Shown in pieces: positions 39,416 to 49,628 of a stretch of DNA of 64,000 nucleotides. Where the stretch lies: positions 161 through 64,160 of the forward strand of contig JAFLKN010000021.1 of the NCBI GenBank assembly GCA_019163175.1. Direction: 5' to 3'. Below the pieces are notes generated by a model. It was not told where the DNA came from. It searched no databases and worked only from the letters and a program-made list of their open reading frames with translations. Both the position numbers and the translations under genes were made by a program. Every line of letters begins with the position of its first letter. The stretch's first letter is position 1. This DNA is from Prolixibacteraceae bacterium. GTDB taxonomy: Bacteria > Bacteroidota > Bacteroidia > Bacteroidales > Prolixibacteraceae.

Positions 39416-40084
39416 TTAAAAAATGGCTTGATTATTCTTTAGTACAATTCTTAAACCTTCTTCGAGTCTAAATTCTGCTGTTTCAATACCAATTTCCTTT
39501 AAAGCAGCTCTAAAGCCTTCATTCATCATTCGTCCTGCCCTTAGCGGAAAGTCAATTAATGCCGGAAAGTTTTCTTCTCTTTCAGGATGTTTATAAAATT
39601 CCAGACAAGTGTCAAGTTTAGTGGAAAGATAAATTCTACAAGCCATTGGTCTGGCTGAATACATTGAACATGCACCATTTTTCAGCAATGGACATGGTGA
39701 TTTGAATTTAAGTATTTCATTTTCTGAAAGTCTTGATGTTTTTGAATATTTAACTTCTGTTTGACGAATTAATGACAAAAGCTCTTCTTCGCTGAAACTT
39801 CTTTTTATTTGTGAAGCGAGGTAGTGCATTTCATACGAATTGGCAAAGACCGCCTGATGGCAACACCAATGACATCCTTTGTGACAGGCTACATCTATTT
39901 GCTGGCGTTTGGCCAAGTCCAGAATCGAGTCATTCAATCCATCAATAGCTTCATACAGAGATTCTATAGCTGAAAATAGGGACTCTTCAGAAAAACCTTT
40001 TTGGATGGCCGATTGAGCCAGCTTGTAACCATCAGAATAAAAAATACGATCGTTTTCTGTAAAATGCTTATTTTCGGTGGTCAT
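39416..40084 (-). CDS. YkgJ-family cysteine-cluster (putative Fe-S/Zn) protein
   Basis: CHKGCHWCC and CPLL...CSMYSARPMACR motifs. Start at 40084 or 40105. Confidence 0.85.
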   Translation of the reverse strand: MTTENKHFTENDRIFYSDGYKLAQSAIQKGFSEESLFSAIESLYEAIDGLNDSILDLAKRQQIDVACHKGCHWCCHQAVFANSYEMHYLASQIKRSFSEEELLSLIRQTEVKYSKTSRLSENEILKFKSPCPLLKNGACSMYSARPMACRIYLSTKLDTCLEFYKHPEREENFPALIDFPLRAGRMMNEGFRAALKEIGIETAEFRLEEGLRIVLKNNQAIF

Positions 40085-40173
40085 ATTGTGAAAAATTTTC
40101 CACAAAAATAATTTTAGTTTTCAGGAAAGGGTTTATCTTGAAGCGTTATTTTTATCCGATAAATACTGAAATT

Positions 40174-41049
40174 ATGCGACTTCTATTCACCATTTTAGTC
40201 CTGTTTATATCCAATTTATTGACGGCAAAATCCGTTAATTACATTCCTATTCCATCAAAAGACCTTGTTAAGCACGCTTATTATATGCTGTCGTACAACG
40301 AAAAGTACGAACAGGCAAACTGGGTATACTATAGCCTGACAGATAGCATGGTTCTGAATAGTGGGGAAGAGAGAAGCAATAGTTTCAAGATGGATCAATT
40401 GGTTCCTACCGGATCAGCAAAATCATCTGACTATACAAAAAGCGGTTACGATCGTGGCCACTTATGCCCGGCTGCAGATATGGGATTTAGTCCTATTTCT
40501 ATGCAGGAAAGCTTCATGATGTCGAACGTTTCACCTCAAACGCCCGATTTTAACAGGGGAATCTGGAAAGAACTTGAAACAACCGTGCGCGAATGGGCTA
40601 AAAAAGAGCATCATATCTATATTGTTACTGGTCCAATTTTTAAGGATAACAAAGGGTCGATTGGTACTGAAGAAGTTCTTGTGCCTGGATATTTCTATAA
40701 AATTATCTATGATGCCACTGATGCGCCCAAGCTAATTGCATTTGTACTCCCAAATGAAAAGAGCAACAGGCCATTGACCGATTTTGTTGTGTCAACCGAT
40801 GCAGCAGAAAAACTTACCGGATTTGATTTTTTTTCGCAACTGCCAGATGATTTGGAAACTAAATTGGAGAGTAGGGCCGACCTTTCCGGATGGTTTGGAG
40901 GTTATGCCCCAAAGTCACCAACAACGCTGCAGACGAATACCGAAATAGCCAGTTCAAATTTGAAATTTTACCTTGTTCTGGTTATTGTTATTGGGCTCGT
41001 CGTACTTTTTGTTACTATACGAAGCCGTCGTAGGAAAAGAAGCATGTAA
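40174..41049 (+). CDS. DNA/RNA non-specific endonuclease (NucA/EndA-type), exported, with C-terminal TM
   Basis: YDRGHLCPAAD, SNVSPQ, FNRGIW..LE, IVTGP, VPGYFYKII; C-terminal hydrophobic stretch plus RSRRRKR. ATG at 40174 preferred. Confidence 0.92.
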   Translation: MRLLFTILVLFISNLLTAKSVNYIPIPSKDLVKHAYYMLSYNEKYEQANWVYYSLTDSMVLNSGEERSNSFKMDQLVPTGSAKSSDYTKSGYDRGHLCPAADMGFSPISMQESFMMSNVSPQTPDFNRGIWKELETTVREWAKKEHHIYIVTGPIFKDNKGSIGTEEVLVPGYFYKIIYDATDAPKLIAFVLPNEKSNRPLTDFVVSTDAAEKLTGFDFFSQLPDDLETKLESRADLSGWFGGYAPKSPTTLQTNTEIASSNLKFYLVLVIVIGLVVLFVTIRSRRRKRSM

Positions 41050-41053
41050 AGTT

Positions 41054-43294
41054 TTACTTCTTAATGGGTATGGTGAATCGAAAATCTGAATACTCATTAA
41101 GCACCGAATCAACCCAAATGGTTCCGCCAAGTAATTCAACCATATTTTTTGAAATAGCCAATCCTAAGCCGTTACCTCCATACTTTCGAGTGCGTGCAGT
41201 ATCTACTTGTCTGAATCGCTCAAAAACAGCTTCAAAGTTTGCAGGTGAAATGCCAATTCCGGTATCTTTAACGCGGAATTCAACCAGTTCATCTTTCAGT
41301 TTGTAGCCAATTTCAATAGAGCCATTCTGTGTAAATTTAAGTGCATTACCTACAAGATTATTAAAAACTTGCTTGATTCGGTAATTGTCACTTTCAATCC
41401 AGACATCCGAATCATTTGATGATTCATCAATGCGAAGTTCGATGCCTTTTTGATTTGCTTTATTTGTAAAATCAATCAGTACATCTTTTAAAAGTTTCTT
41501 GCTCGAAATTTTTTCTGTTCTAATTTTAATCTGATGAGCTTCCAACATGGAGAAATCCATTATGTCGCTGATAATTAGTAGCAAACTATTTCCGTTTTCA
41601 ATAATTGTTTTAATAAATTCTGCTTTTTGTTCCTGATCGAAATCAGTATCACTCAATAACTCAGAAAAACCAATAATGCTATTAAGTGGAGTTCGAATTT
41701 CATGCGACATATTCGCCAGAAATGCAGATTTCAGCCTATCACTTTCTTCAGCTTTTTCCTTTGCTGCGACGAGTTCTGCCTCCATCTTCTTTCGTTCCGA
41801 AATATCCTCTTTTATTGCTATGTAGCTGGTTGTTATGTTTTTATCATTTTTAATTGAAGTTATTGTTACCCATTCCCAATAATTCGTTCCATCCTTTCTT
41901 TTATTCAGCATTTCGCCACTCCATACTTTTCCAGATTTAATGGTATCCCATAATTCAGCATATGTTTCGGGCGGTGTTAACCCCGATTTAAGTATTCTGG
42001 GATTTTTCCCAATTACTTCATTCTCTTCATATCCTGTGCTTTCATAGAATTTAGGATTCACATATTCAATATTTCCTAATGTATCAGTAATAACTATGGT
42101 TGTAGGGCTTTGTTCGATACCTTTGGAAAGCTTCAATATTTTTTCCTGAGCAAGCTTATGCTCCGTAATATCACGTCCGATACCTACTAATCCAACAATC
42201 TTACCATTTTCGTCAGGCAGAGGTATTTTAGAAGTTACCAACCACCGTTGAGTTCCGTCTTTGTCGTAAAAATCTTCTTCCCGATTTAGTACTGCCTGTG
42301 CAGTTTCAATTACGCGTTGGTCATCAGCAAATCCACGTTGGCCTATCTCATTATTAAATGTATCTAAATCAGTCTTCCCAATTACATCACTTTCTGATTC
42401 TGCGCCAACTATGGCAAGATCAGCCCGATTAGCTATTATTTTGCGACATTCAGCATCCTTTACATAGATGGTTACAGGTAAATTATCAATCAAAGTACGA
42501 AGAAGTTTTCGCTCCTGTTTTAGTTTTTCCTCAGTCGTTTTTCGTTCAGTAATATCATTAATTAATACATGTTTTGCGTTTCGTTGATTGAAAATCAAAG
42601 CATGAGAAATAATTTCGACAAAAATATGCTCACCATTCTTTTTTATATGTGTCCATTCTTTAATCTGCTTAAATTGATTATCTGTAGATTGAATGTCTTT
42701 TTCTAATTCTTCAGCCAGAAGTATATCTTTCAAAGTCATTGAAAGAAATTCTGACTGGGAATATCCATAATGTCTGATTGCCGCTTCGTTAACTTCGAGA
42801 AACGACAGGCTTGTGATATCATAAATCCACATTGGTTGCGGGTTATTATGAAACATGTACCTGTATTTTGCTTCATTTAACCTTATTGTTTCAACGGCCT
42901 CCGCTCGTTCCTGTCTGATTCTGCGTTGTTCAAGTGCACTTAAAACAGAAGAACCCAATCGTTTTAATGAATCTTTCAGTACATAGTCCATTGCACCGGC
43001 TTTCATACATTCAACAGCAGTATCTTCATTTATTGAACCTGTTACTATTACAAATGGAATTAAAGGACATACATTCTGGGCAATTCTAAGTGCAGAAAGT
43101 CCGTCAAAAGAAGGCAGGTTATAATCTGAAATGATAATATCAGGAAGAAACGATTTCAGTTGGTATTGATACGCCTCTTTATTGTCAACAACTTCAAAAA
43201 TGCAGGATGGCAATACTTTTTTTATTTCTCTAATGTTGAGTTCCGCATCAAACGACTCATCCTCAACAAGTAAAACATGATATATTTGGTTCAT
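41054..43294 (-). CDS. REC-PAS-PAS-PAS histidine kinase
   Basis: N-terminal REC (VEDE, SDYNLP), three PAS/PAC units, FLANMSHEIRTPLN, NLVGNALKFT, GNGLGL. Confidence 0.93.
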   Translation of the reverse strand: MNQIYHVLLVEDESFDAELNIREIKKVLPSCIFEVVDNKEAYQYQLKSFLPDIIISDYNLPSFDGLSALRIAQNVCPLIPFVIVTGSINEDTAVECMKAGAMDYVLKDSLKRLGSSVLSALEQRRIRQERAEAVETIRLNEAKYRYMFHNNPQPMWIYDITSLSFLEVNEAAIRHYGYSQSEFLSMTLKDILLAEELEKDIQSTDNQFKQIKEWTHIKKNGEHIFVEIISHALIFNQRNAKHVLINDITERKTTEEKLKQERKLLRTLIDNLPVTIYVKDAECRKIIANRADLAIVGAESESDVIGKTDLDTFNNEIGQRGFADDQRVIETAQAVLNREEDFYDKDGTQRWLVTSKIPLPDENGKIVGLVGIGRDITEHKLAQEKILKLSKGIEQSPTTIVITDTLGNIEYVNPKFYESTGYEENEVIGKNPRILKSGLTPPETYAELWDTIKSGKVWSGEMLNKRKDGTNYWEWVTITSIKNDKNITTSYIAIKEDISERKKMEAELVAAKEKAEESDRLKSAFLANMSHEIRTPLNSIIGFSELLSDTDFDQEQKAEFIKTIIENGNSLLLIISDIMDFSMLEAHQIKIRTEKISSKKLLKDVLIDFTNKANQKGIELRIDESSNDSDVWIESDNYRIKQVFNNLVGNALKFTQNGSIEIGYKLKDELVEFRVKDTGIGISPANFEAVFERFRQVDTARTRKYGGNGLGLAISKNMVELLGGTIWVDSVLNEYSDFRFTIPIKK

Positions 43295-43374
43295 TTGCTT
43301 ATACTTACTTTGAATTCTATTAATTCTTTTAAATGTAGTGAATTTACAATAAATCGCTCTGTAAATGCAGCATC

Positions 43375-45561
43375 CTAGTTGAAAGGTATAGTAAAATAAA
43401 ATGCAGCTCCCTTACCAACTTCTCCTTCTGCCCAAACCTTCCCATGATGTCGGGTTATTATTCGTTGAACAATAGCTAATCCAACACCTGTTCCTTCAAA
43501 CTCATTTCCGGCATGTAGACGATGAAATACGCCAAATAACTTATGGGCATAATCCATATTGAATCCAACGCCATTGTCCTTAATGTAATATACCAATTCA
43601 TTATTTTTGGTAAACGAGCCAATTGTTATTGTTGCATTTGTGTTTCTTGAGGAATATTTAAATGCATTTGCTATCAGATTGATCCAAACTTGTTTGATTA
43701 AATTTGGGTCACCCTTTGTTTTAGGAAGTTCGTGAATTAAGATGTTTTTTTGAGACAAATCCTGCGACGATTCGAATTCTGAAAGTACAGTTTTAACCAT
43801 TTTTCCCATGTCGATAGATGTGTTGTGCAACTCGCTTCTGATCAAGCGTGAAAATGAAAGCAAGTCGTCAATTAACTGTCCCATTTTTGTAGCATTCGAA
43901 TTGATGATACTGCAAATTCGTTTACCTTCTTCATCAAGTATATCTTCGTAATCTTCGCGTAAAATGCATACAAACCCGCTGATTGCCCGCAATGGTGCTC
44001 TTAAATCGTGCGATACAGAATAACTAAACGCTTCGAGTTCTTTATTGGCAATTTCTAGTTGAGTTGTACTTTGATGTAATTCATCAGACTTAATGTTTAA
44101 ATCTTCGACCATATTTAGTAAAGCAGCCTGATTTTCGATTAATTCTTTTGTGCGGTTTTCAAGTTCAGCGGTTCGCTCATTTACTTTTTTTTCCAGTTCA
44201 TTATTTAATTTAATAATCTCATCATCAGCAATTTTGCGATCGGTTATGTCGCGGAAATTTATTACAATTGCCTCAACTCCCGGATCGCTTAGTAAGTTAC
44301 TAAAGGTACTTTCGATCCATTTCCACTCGCCACTCTTAGTTGCAAAGCGATATTGCAATGTAATTGCCAATTCCGGATTTAGTATCAAATTCTGCAAAGC
44401 AGATAAAACTCCGGGTAAATCATTAGGATGTGTATATTGAGTAGGATTCCCAGTAATTTCTTCAGCAGTGGAATAACCAAACATTTTGTGGGCTGCCGGG
44501 CTTACATATTTAAAGTTTCCATCGGCATCAATCAAGGTAATTCCATCAGGAGCCTTCTCAATTAAAGCCTTATAATGTTGGCCAATGCGAATTATCTTTA
44601 GCTCAGCTTGTTTTCTTTCAGTTATATCGCGCACAAAACCTAAGATAAATGGCGATTGGCTTATTTGCACCATGCTTGTGTTAACTTCAACGGGAAATCT
44701 ACTTCCGTCTTTTCGAAGATGTTCACTCTCAAATATGATTGCTTCTCCGGGAATCATTTTTTTAAACATCTCCTTTACCTTTTCTTCTGAATTGTTTGTA
44801 GTGTCAATTTGGGTAATGTTAAGTCCTAAAATCTCAGTCCTGCTATAACCCAGACTTAAACATGCCTGTTGATTTGTATCAATTATATTCCCGTTTAAAT
44901 CGGCCAGAAACATTGCAACGGTCGCCTGCTCAATGATCGCCCGATATTTTTCTTCACTGAAATTTAATGCTTGCCTGTTTTCTTCATATATATTTTGATT
45001 GAGCATAAGTTTGCCAAGCAAAACTGTAAAGAAAGGATAAACAACAAGTGCAGGGATCGCAATATTTTTAAGAGTTTCAAGTCTTATGCCGGCAGGTAGA
45101 AAAATGGTACAGCTTAACATGACCAGATGAACTAGAATTCCCATCGTCAAAAGTTCACGAAAAGAGTTTTTTAAATTAAGACTTGGCCTTGACTTGCGCC
45201 ACAATATGCCCACAGCTCCAGATGAGGCTATAACTGCAATACCCATAATAGCGCCCGCTCCACCTTGAAATAACCGAAATCCTGCAGTAATTAAAATTGC
45301 AACAAGTGTTGGAATTGTGCCGAAGAATATTCCGGAAATAGATAACATTACCGAGCGGGTATCAAAAAAAATTCCGGGAACGAATGTCCATGGCGTTAAA
45401 ATCAAAACAATCCCAATCCCTCCAATAATTATTCCGCCGCCTAGCTTAAAGAATATGCTTTGCGTATTTTTATTCTTTGCCCAAAAATAATCGTACAGCA
45501 TACTGAAGGTAAGCAGTATCGCGATGTTCTGCAGTAATCCACTTAAAATAGATTCTTCCAT
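43375..45561 (-). CDS. 5TM-LytS/YhcK-type membrane PAS histidine kinase
   Basis: Multi-TM N-terminus (FFDTRSV motif), two PAS domains, ELEAFSYSVSHDLRAPL, GTGVGL. Confidence 0.92.
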   Translation of the reverse strand: MEESILSGLLQNIAILLTFSMLYDYFWAKNKNTQSIFFKLGGGIIIGGIGIVLILTPWTFVPGIFFDTRSVMLSISGIFFGTIPTLVAILITAGFRLFQGGAGAIMGIAVIASSGAVGILWRKSRPSLNLKNSFRELLTMGILVHLVMLSCTIFLPAGIRLETLKNIAIPALVVYPFFTVLLGKLMLNQNIYEENRQALNFSEEKYRAIIEQATVAMFLADLNGNIIDTNQQACLSLGYSRTEILGLNITQIDTTNNSEEKVKEMFKKMIPGEAIIFESEHLRKDGSRFPVEVNTSMVQISQSPFILGFVRDITERKQAELKIIRIGQHYKALIEKAPDGITLIDADGNFKYVSPAAHKMFGYSTAEEITGNPTQYTHPNDLPGVLSALQNLILNPELAITLQYRFATKSGEWKWIESTFSNLLSDPGVEAIVINFRDITDRKIADDEIIKLNNELEKKVNERTAELENRTKELIENQAALLNMVEDLNIKSDELHQSTTQLEIANKELEAFSYSVSHDLRAPLRAISGFVCILREDYEDILDEEGKRICSIINSNATKMGQLIDDLLSFSRLIRSELHNTSIDMGKMVKTVLSEFESSQDLSQKNILIHELPKTKGDPNLIKQVWINLIANAFKYSSRNTNATITIGSFTKNNELVYYIKDNGVGFNMDYAHKLFGVFHRLHAGNEFEGTGVGLAIVQRIITRHHGKVWAEGEVGKGAAFYFTIPFN

Positions 45562-45636
45562 TTTTGCCTTGCTGTTTATCTTTAAAATTTATTGTGATCT
45601 GGTAATATTTCTAAATCTTCCTTCTCCTCTTCCAGT

Positions 45637-48270
45637 TTATCGGTTTTGCTTCAAGGTGAAAACGAAAGTACTTCCTTTCCCTTCTTCACTTTCTACCCAA
45701 ATTTTGCCTCCATGTATTTCAACAAACTCTTTGCACAGCAACAATCCTAACCCAGTTCCTTTTTCATTTTCGGTTCCACGTTTCGAAAAGCTCGAGCCTA
45801 TTTTGAATATTTTACTAATTTCGTCGGGCTTAATTCCAATGCCATTATCCACTACTGATATCTCCATTTCATCGTTCCTTATAATAGCTTTTATTTCAAC
45901 CTTTCCATTGGTTGATGTGAATTTTAATGCATTAGAAATTAGATTTCTCAAGATTGTTTTTAGCATATCTTCATCGGCCCATACGATCAAATTGCTTGGA
46001 ATGTAATTGATAATAGCAATCATTTTGCTATTTGCTTTCTCAATCATAATTTCAAGTACTTCATTCACAATATTGACTAGAATAAATGAAATTGGCTTAA
46101 ATAATATTTGCGCCTGTTGCATTCGGGCCCAGTCCAATAAATTTTCAAGCAATCGGTAAGTATTTGTTGAAGTTGCACTGATTAATCCGGCATATTGCTC
46201 AATAGTTGCGATATCCAGATTTCGGGCTTCGTTCTTTATAATTTCACTAAAACCCATCACGCTGTTAAACGGACTTTTAAGATCGTGTGCAATAATGGAG
46301 AAGAATTTGTCTTTAGTGGCATTCGCTTCCTGTAGTTCTTCTGAATATTTCTGCAACTGTATTTCAGCTATTTTGCGTTCGGTTATATCTCTTGAGACTC
46401 CTTCATGAAAGATTATCCTGCCACTTTTATCTTTCACGTACCAACCATGGTCTTCAATCCAAACAGCGGTTCCATCTTTCTTTTTAAGTTGGTACACGTC
46501 AAGCTCTTCTGGATTTGTTTCCAATGTCAGGCTTTCCCGATCAGAAGGTTCAAAATACAGATCCTTTTTGATATCAATGGACATTAGTTCTTCTTCACTT
46601 TCGTATCCAAGTAATTTAACCATTGCCTTATTTACTTCCACAAATTTTCCATTAGAAGTACTTCGGTAATACCCATCTGGCATTGTTTCAATCAGGTTCC
46701 GATATTTCATCTCGCTTTGGCGAAGCAATTCCAACGTTTGTTTGCGTTCAGTAATATCGACTGCAACGCCAACCATTCCTAATGTTTTGCCATTTTCATC
46801 CAGAACAACGGAAGTTGAAAGTGAAATCGGGAATTCAGTACCATCCTTCCTTTTGTTCAGAATTTCACCTTGCCAGCCTGTATCGGAAGTTGTAGGCAAT
46901 ATTTTGTCAACGACTTCCGGATCGTTATTGGGAGACCTTAAAATTGTTATATCCTTCCCGATTAATTCATTTTCGTCTTCGTATCCGTAGGTTTTCAGGA
47001 ATGCCGCATTCAAAAACAAAATCCGGTTATTGGTATCGGTTATATTAATCGATTCATTTATGCTTTTAAGGGCATGAGCCATTAGGTTTAATTGCTGTTC
47101 TGCCTTTTTTCTGGTGGTTATATCACTAAAATTCCAGACTCGGCCAATTGGTTTGTCATCTAAATACTGAGGACATGAAAAACGTTCTAATACTCGTCCG
47201 TCCTTTAATTCAATAGTATCAAAGCTTTCAAGTTTTGGATGATCATAGAGGTAGTTTACTTTAGAAACAAACTGATCAGGGTCTGCCAGCTGATTCAATA
47301 CAAATTCAATGGCAGCTGTATCTTCACCTGACTCGATAATTTCGGAGGTGAGTTTAAACATTTTTTTGAATTGCTTATTGAAGCTGGTAATTCTTCCTTC
47401 GCGGCTAACAACCAATATGCCATCGGCCGTTGAATCGAGTGTAGCCTGCAACAGTGAAAGAGAATGTTTTAATTTTTCTTCAGCATCTTTTCGCTCCGAC
47501 AAATCTCTGATTGTTCCTTCTATGCCATTTGTTTGACCGAATTCGTCAAATGTAAAATGTGCATTAACCGAACCCCAAACGAGTTGATTGTTTCGACCTT
47601 TTAAAAGTACCTCAAAGTCGTGTGCTTCTCCTTTTTCGGCAATTTCTTTGATCAGTTCTTTTCTGTCGTCAGGATTGAAGTAAAAGTTATCAATTGGCTT
47701 GCCTATTATATCTGAGTGAATATATTTGGAGTACCTTTCTATTGACGGACTGATTGCTGTAATATTACCATTCAAGTCCGTCTGATAAAAGACATCCTGC
47801 ACATTCTCGAATATTTTTTTGTATTTATCTTCGGTTTGGCTTAAAGCCTTTTCTCTGGTTCTTAAAGAGGTGATGTTGTGGATAGTTAATTGTACAAAGG
47901 TCTGATCATTGCGTCCGAAACAATTCATCGTAATTTCGGTGTCAACAAGAGATCCGTTTGATGCACGAAATTCATAGTTAAATTTGAAAGTTTCGCCTGG
48001 TGAGGCTGCTCCCAGGATTTCAAGTGCTTTTTGTTTTGAGTAGAAACTATCGGGTTGAAATTCAGGACTGTAGTCGAACGGATGTTTTCCGCAAATTTCT
48101 TCTTTGAAATGAATGCCAAGTAAAGAACATGCATTTTTATTACAGTCTATAACTTTTGATTTTGCTATAAAAAAGATCGCATCTGTGGCATTTTCAAAAA
48201 GAATCTGGTAAAGTTCTTCACTTGAAAACAAACTTTCAATGCCGTTTTGGATATTGTCTTCTTGTTTCAT
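45637..48270 (-). CDS. Cytoplasmic multi-PAS histidine kinase
   Basis: About five PAS domains, KDKFFSIIAHDLKSPF, RNLISNALKFT, GTGLGL. ATG at 48270 preferred over 48330. Confidence 0.92.
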   Translation of the reverse strand: MKQEDNIQNGIESLFSSEELYQILFENATDAIFFIAKSKVIDCNKNACSLLGIHFKEEICGKHPFDYSPEFQPDSFYSKQKALEILGAASPGETFKFNYEFRASNGSLVDTEITMNCFGRNDQTFVQLTIHNITSLRTREKALSQTEDKYKKIFENVQDVFYQTDLNGNITAISPSIERYSKYIHSDIIGKPIDNFYFNPDDRKELIKEIAEKGEAHDFEVLLKGRNNQLVWGSVNAHFTFDEFGQTNGIEGTIRDLSERKDAEEKLKHSLSLLQATLDSTADGILVVSREGRITSFNKQFKKMFKLTSEIIESGEDTAAIEFVLNQLADPDQFVSKVNYLYDHPKLESFDTIELKDGRVLERFSCPQYLDDKPIGRVWNFSDITTRKKAEQQLNLMAHALKSINESINITDTNNRILFLNAAFLKTYGYEDENELIGKDITILRSPNNDPEVVDKILPTTSDTGWQGEILNKRKDGTEFPISLSTSVVLDENGKTLGMVGVAVDITERKQTLELLRQSEMKYRNLIETMPDGYYRSTSNGKFVEVNKAMVKLLGYESEEELMSIDIKKDLYFEPSDRESLTLETNPEELDVYQLKKKDGTAVWIEDHGWYVKDKSGRIIFHEGVSRDITERKIAEIQLQKYSEELQEANATKDKFFSIIAHDLKSPFNSVMGFSEIIKNEARNLDIATIEQYAGLISATSTNTYRLLENLLDWARMQQAQILFKPISFILVNIVNEVLEIMIEKANSKMIAIINYIPSNLIVWADEDMLKTILRNLISNALKFTSTNGKVEIKAIIRNDEMEISVVDNGIGIKPDEISKIFKIGSSFSKRGTENEKGTGLGLLLCKEFVEIHGGKIWVESEEGKGSTFVFTLKQNR

Positions 48271-48427
48271 ACTAAGCTCCAAAATGAAGTTTAAATATGG
48301 CAATAAAATACAACTTTTAAACAGTTGCATATATGCTAATGAAAAAAGTTTGAAAATTTAAAATCGGAAGATTTGAATGAAAATTATTTTACTCGCTCTT
48401 ATAATTTTACAGTGCTCCTGAACATGA

Positions 48428-48859
48428 TTATTTGTTCGTATTAACCATCCAAAATGAAAACACGTTCAGATAATTCCAAAAAGATTGCTTTACATCATCT
48501 TGAATTTCAAGCGTTGAAAGTACTTGTTGATAACAGTTTAACCAAACTACACGTGCTTCGGCATTAATGGCAAACGTTGCGTGACGTCTTGCCAGCATGG
48601 GTTTTCCCCGGTTTTCGTTAAAGTACGGATGTCCACCGCAAATCTGTATAAAAAAATCTGAGGATCTTTGTTTGGCTTTGTCCAATGCTTCTTCAATGCG
48701 CGGAAACAGATGCTTTATTTCACTTTTGCTTAAAAGGTCGTAATGATCGCTAACCATTTTCCGAATGCCGCTTTCTGAAAGTAATTCCAAAAATAGAGGT
48801 GAGGGCAGTGAAACAGGTGGCCTTTGGCCAAATTCATATTGAGTGATTGTAAAGTCCAT
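48428..48859 (-). CDS. Truncated (2/2) haemoglobin-like globin
   Basis: GIRKMVSDHYD, HLFP, DFFIQICGG..YF, KPMLARRH (proximal His), W..C, F..WMVNT. Confidence 0.8.
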   Translation of the reverse strand: MDFTITQYEFGQRPPVSLPSPLFLELLSESGIRKMVSDHYDLLSKSEIKHLFPRIEEALDKAKQRSSDFFIQICGGHPYFNENRGKPMLARRHATFAINAEARVVWLNCYQQVLSTLEIQDDVKQSFWNYLNVFSFWMVNTNK

Positions 48860-49050
48860 GATATTTTCTGTTGAGCATTAATTAAAAATCTTTCAGAATG
48901 ATAACAAAATTGAAGCATGGAGGTTGTGTTCCTAGGAATAAAGGTTGAAAATTTATCTTTAAATTGTTAATAATGAATGCTGTTTCTGTTTTTATGCGGA
49001 ATAATAAAAAATCAATAAAATCAGTATATTGAAAACAAAAAACCTACATC

Positions 49051-49605
49051 ATGAACGGACAAATACAACTGATCGCTTCACGAATAAAAGAACTACGCGA
49101 AATTGCAGGTATTTCTGCCGAAAGCTTCGCACACGAGCTAAACATCGAATCCGAAGTCTTCCTCAATTATGAAAGTGGCACTATCGATATTCCTGTTGGT
49201 TTTTTGATGAAAGTGGCACATCGGTTTAATTTGGAACTTTCCTCGCTTTTAAAAGGTGATGAACCCAAATTGCACGTTTATTCTATTGTCCGCAAAGGAA
49301 AAGGCTTAAATGTCAATCGTCGGAAACAATACCAATATGAAAGTCTGGCCTCAAATTTCATACAGAAAAAAGCTGAGCCATTTATTGTAACTGTTTCACC
49401 TGATTTATCCGATTCAAAACTTGAGTTCAACGCTCATCCTGGTCAGGAATTCAATTTTGTGCTCGAAGGAAAACTTATGATTGTAGTCGATGGGCACGAA
49501 ATAGTTCTGGAAGAAGGGGATTCGGTTTATTTCGATTCTGGCTACCAGCATGCCATGAAGGCTTTAAATAATCAGCGCGCCAAATTTTTGGCTGTAATTG
49601 TATAA
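49051..49605 (+). CDS. XRE-family HTH plus cupin transcriptional regulator
   Basis: [13 protein letters not shown]; C-terminal [12 protein letters not shown]...[13 protein letters not shown] cupin. Confidence 0.9.
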   Translation: MNGQIQLIASRIKELREIAGISAESFAHELNIESEVFLNYESGTIDIPVGFLMKVAHRFNLELSSLLKGDEPKLHVYSIVRKGKGLNVNRRKQYQYESLASNFIQKKAEPFIVTVSPDLSDSKLEFNAHPGQEFNFVLEGKLMIVVDGHEIVLEEGDSVYFDSGYQHAMKALNNQRAKFLAVIV

Positions 49606-49628
49606 ACACCAATCAGATTCAACTCAAT

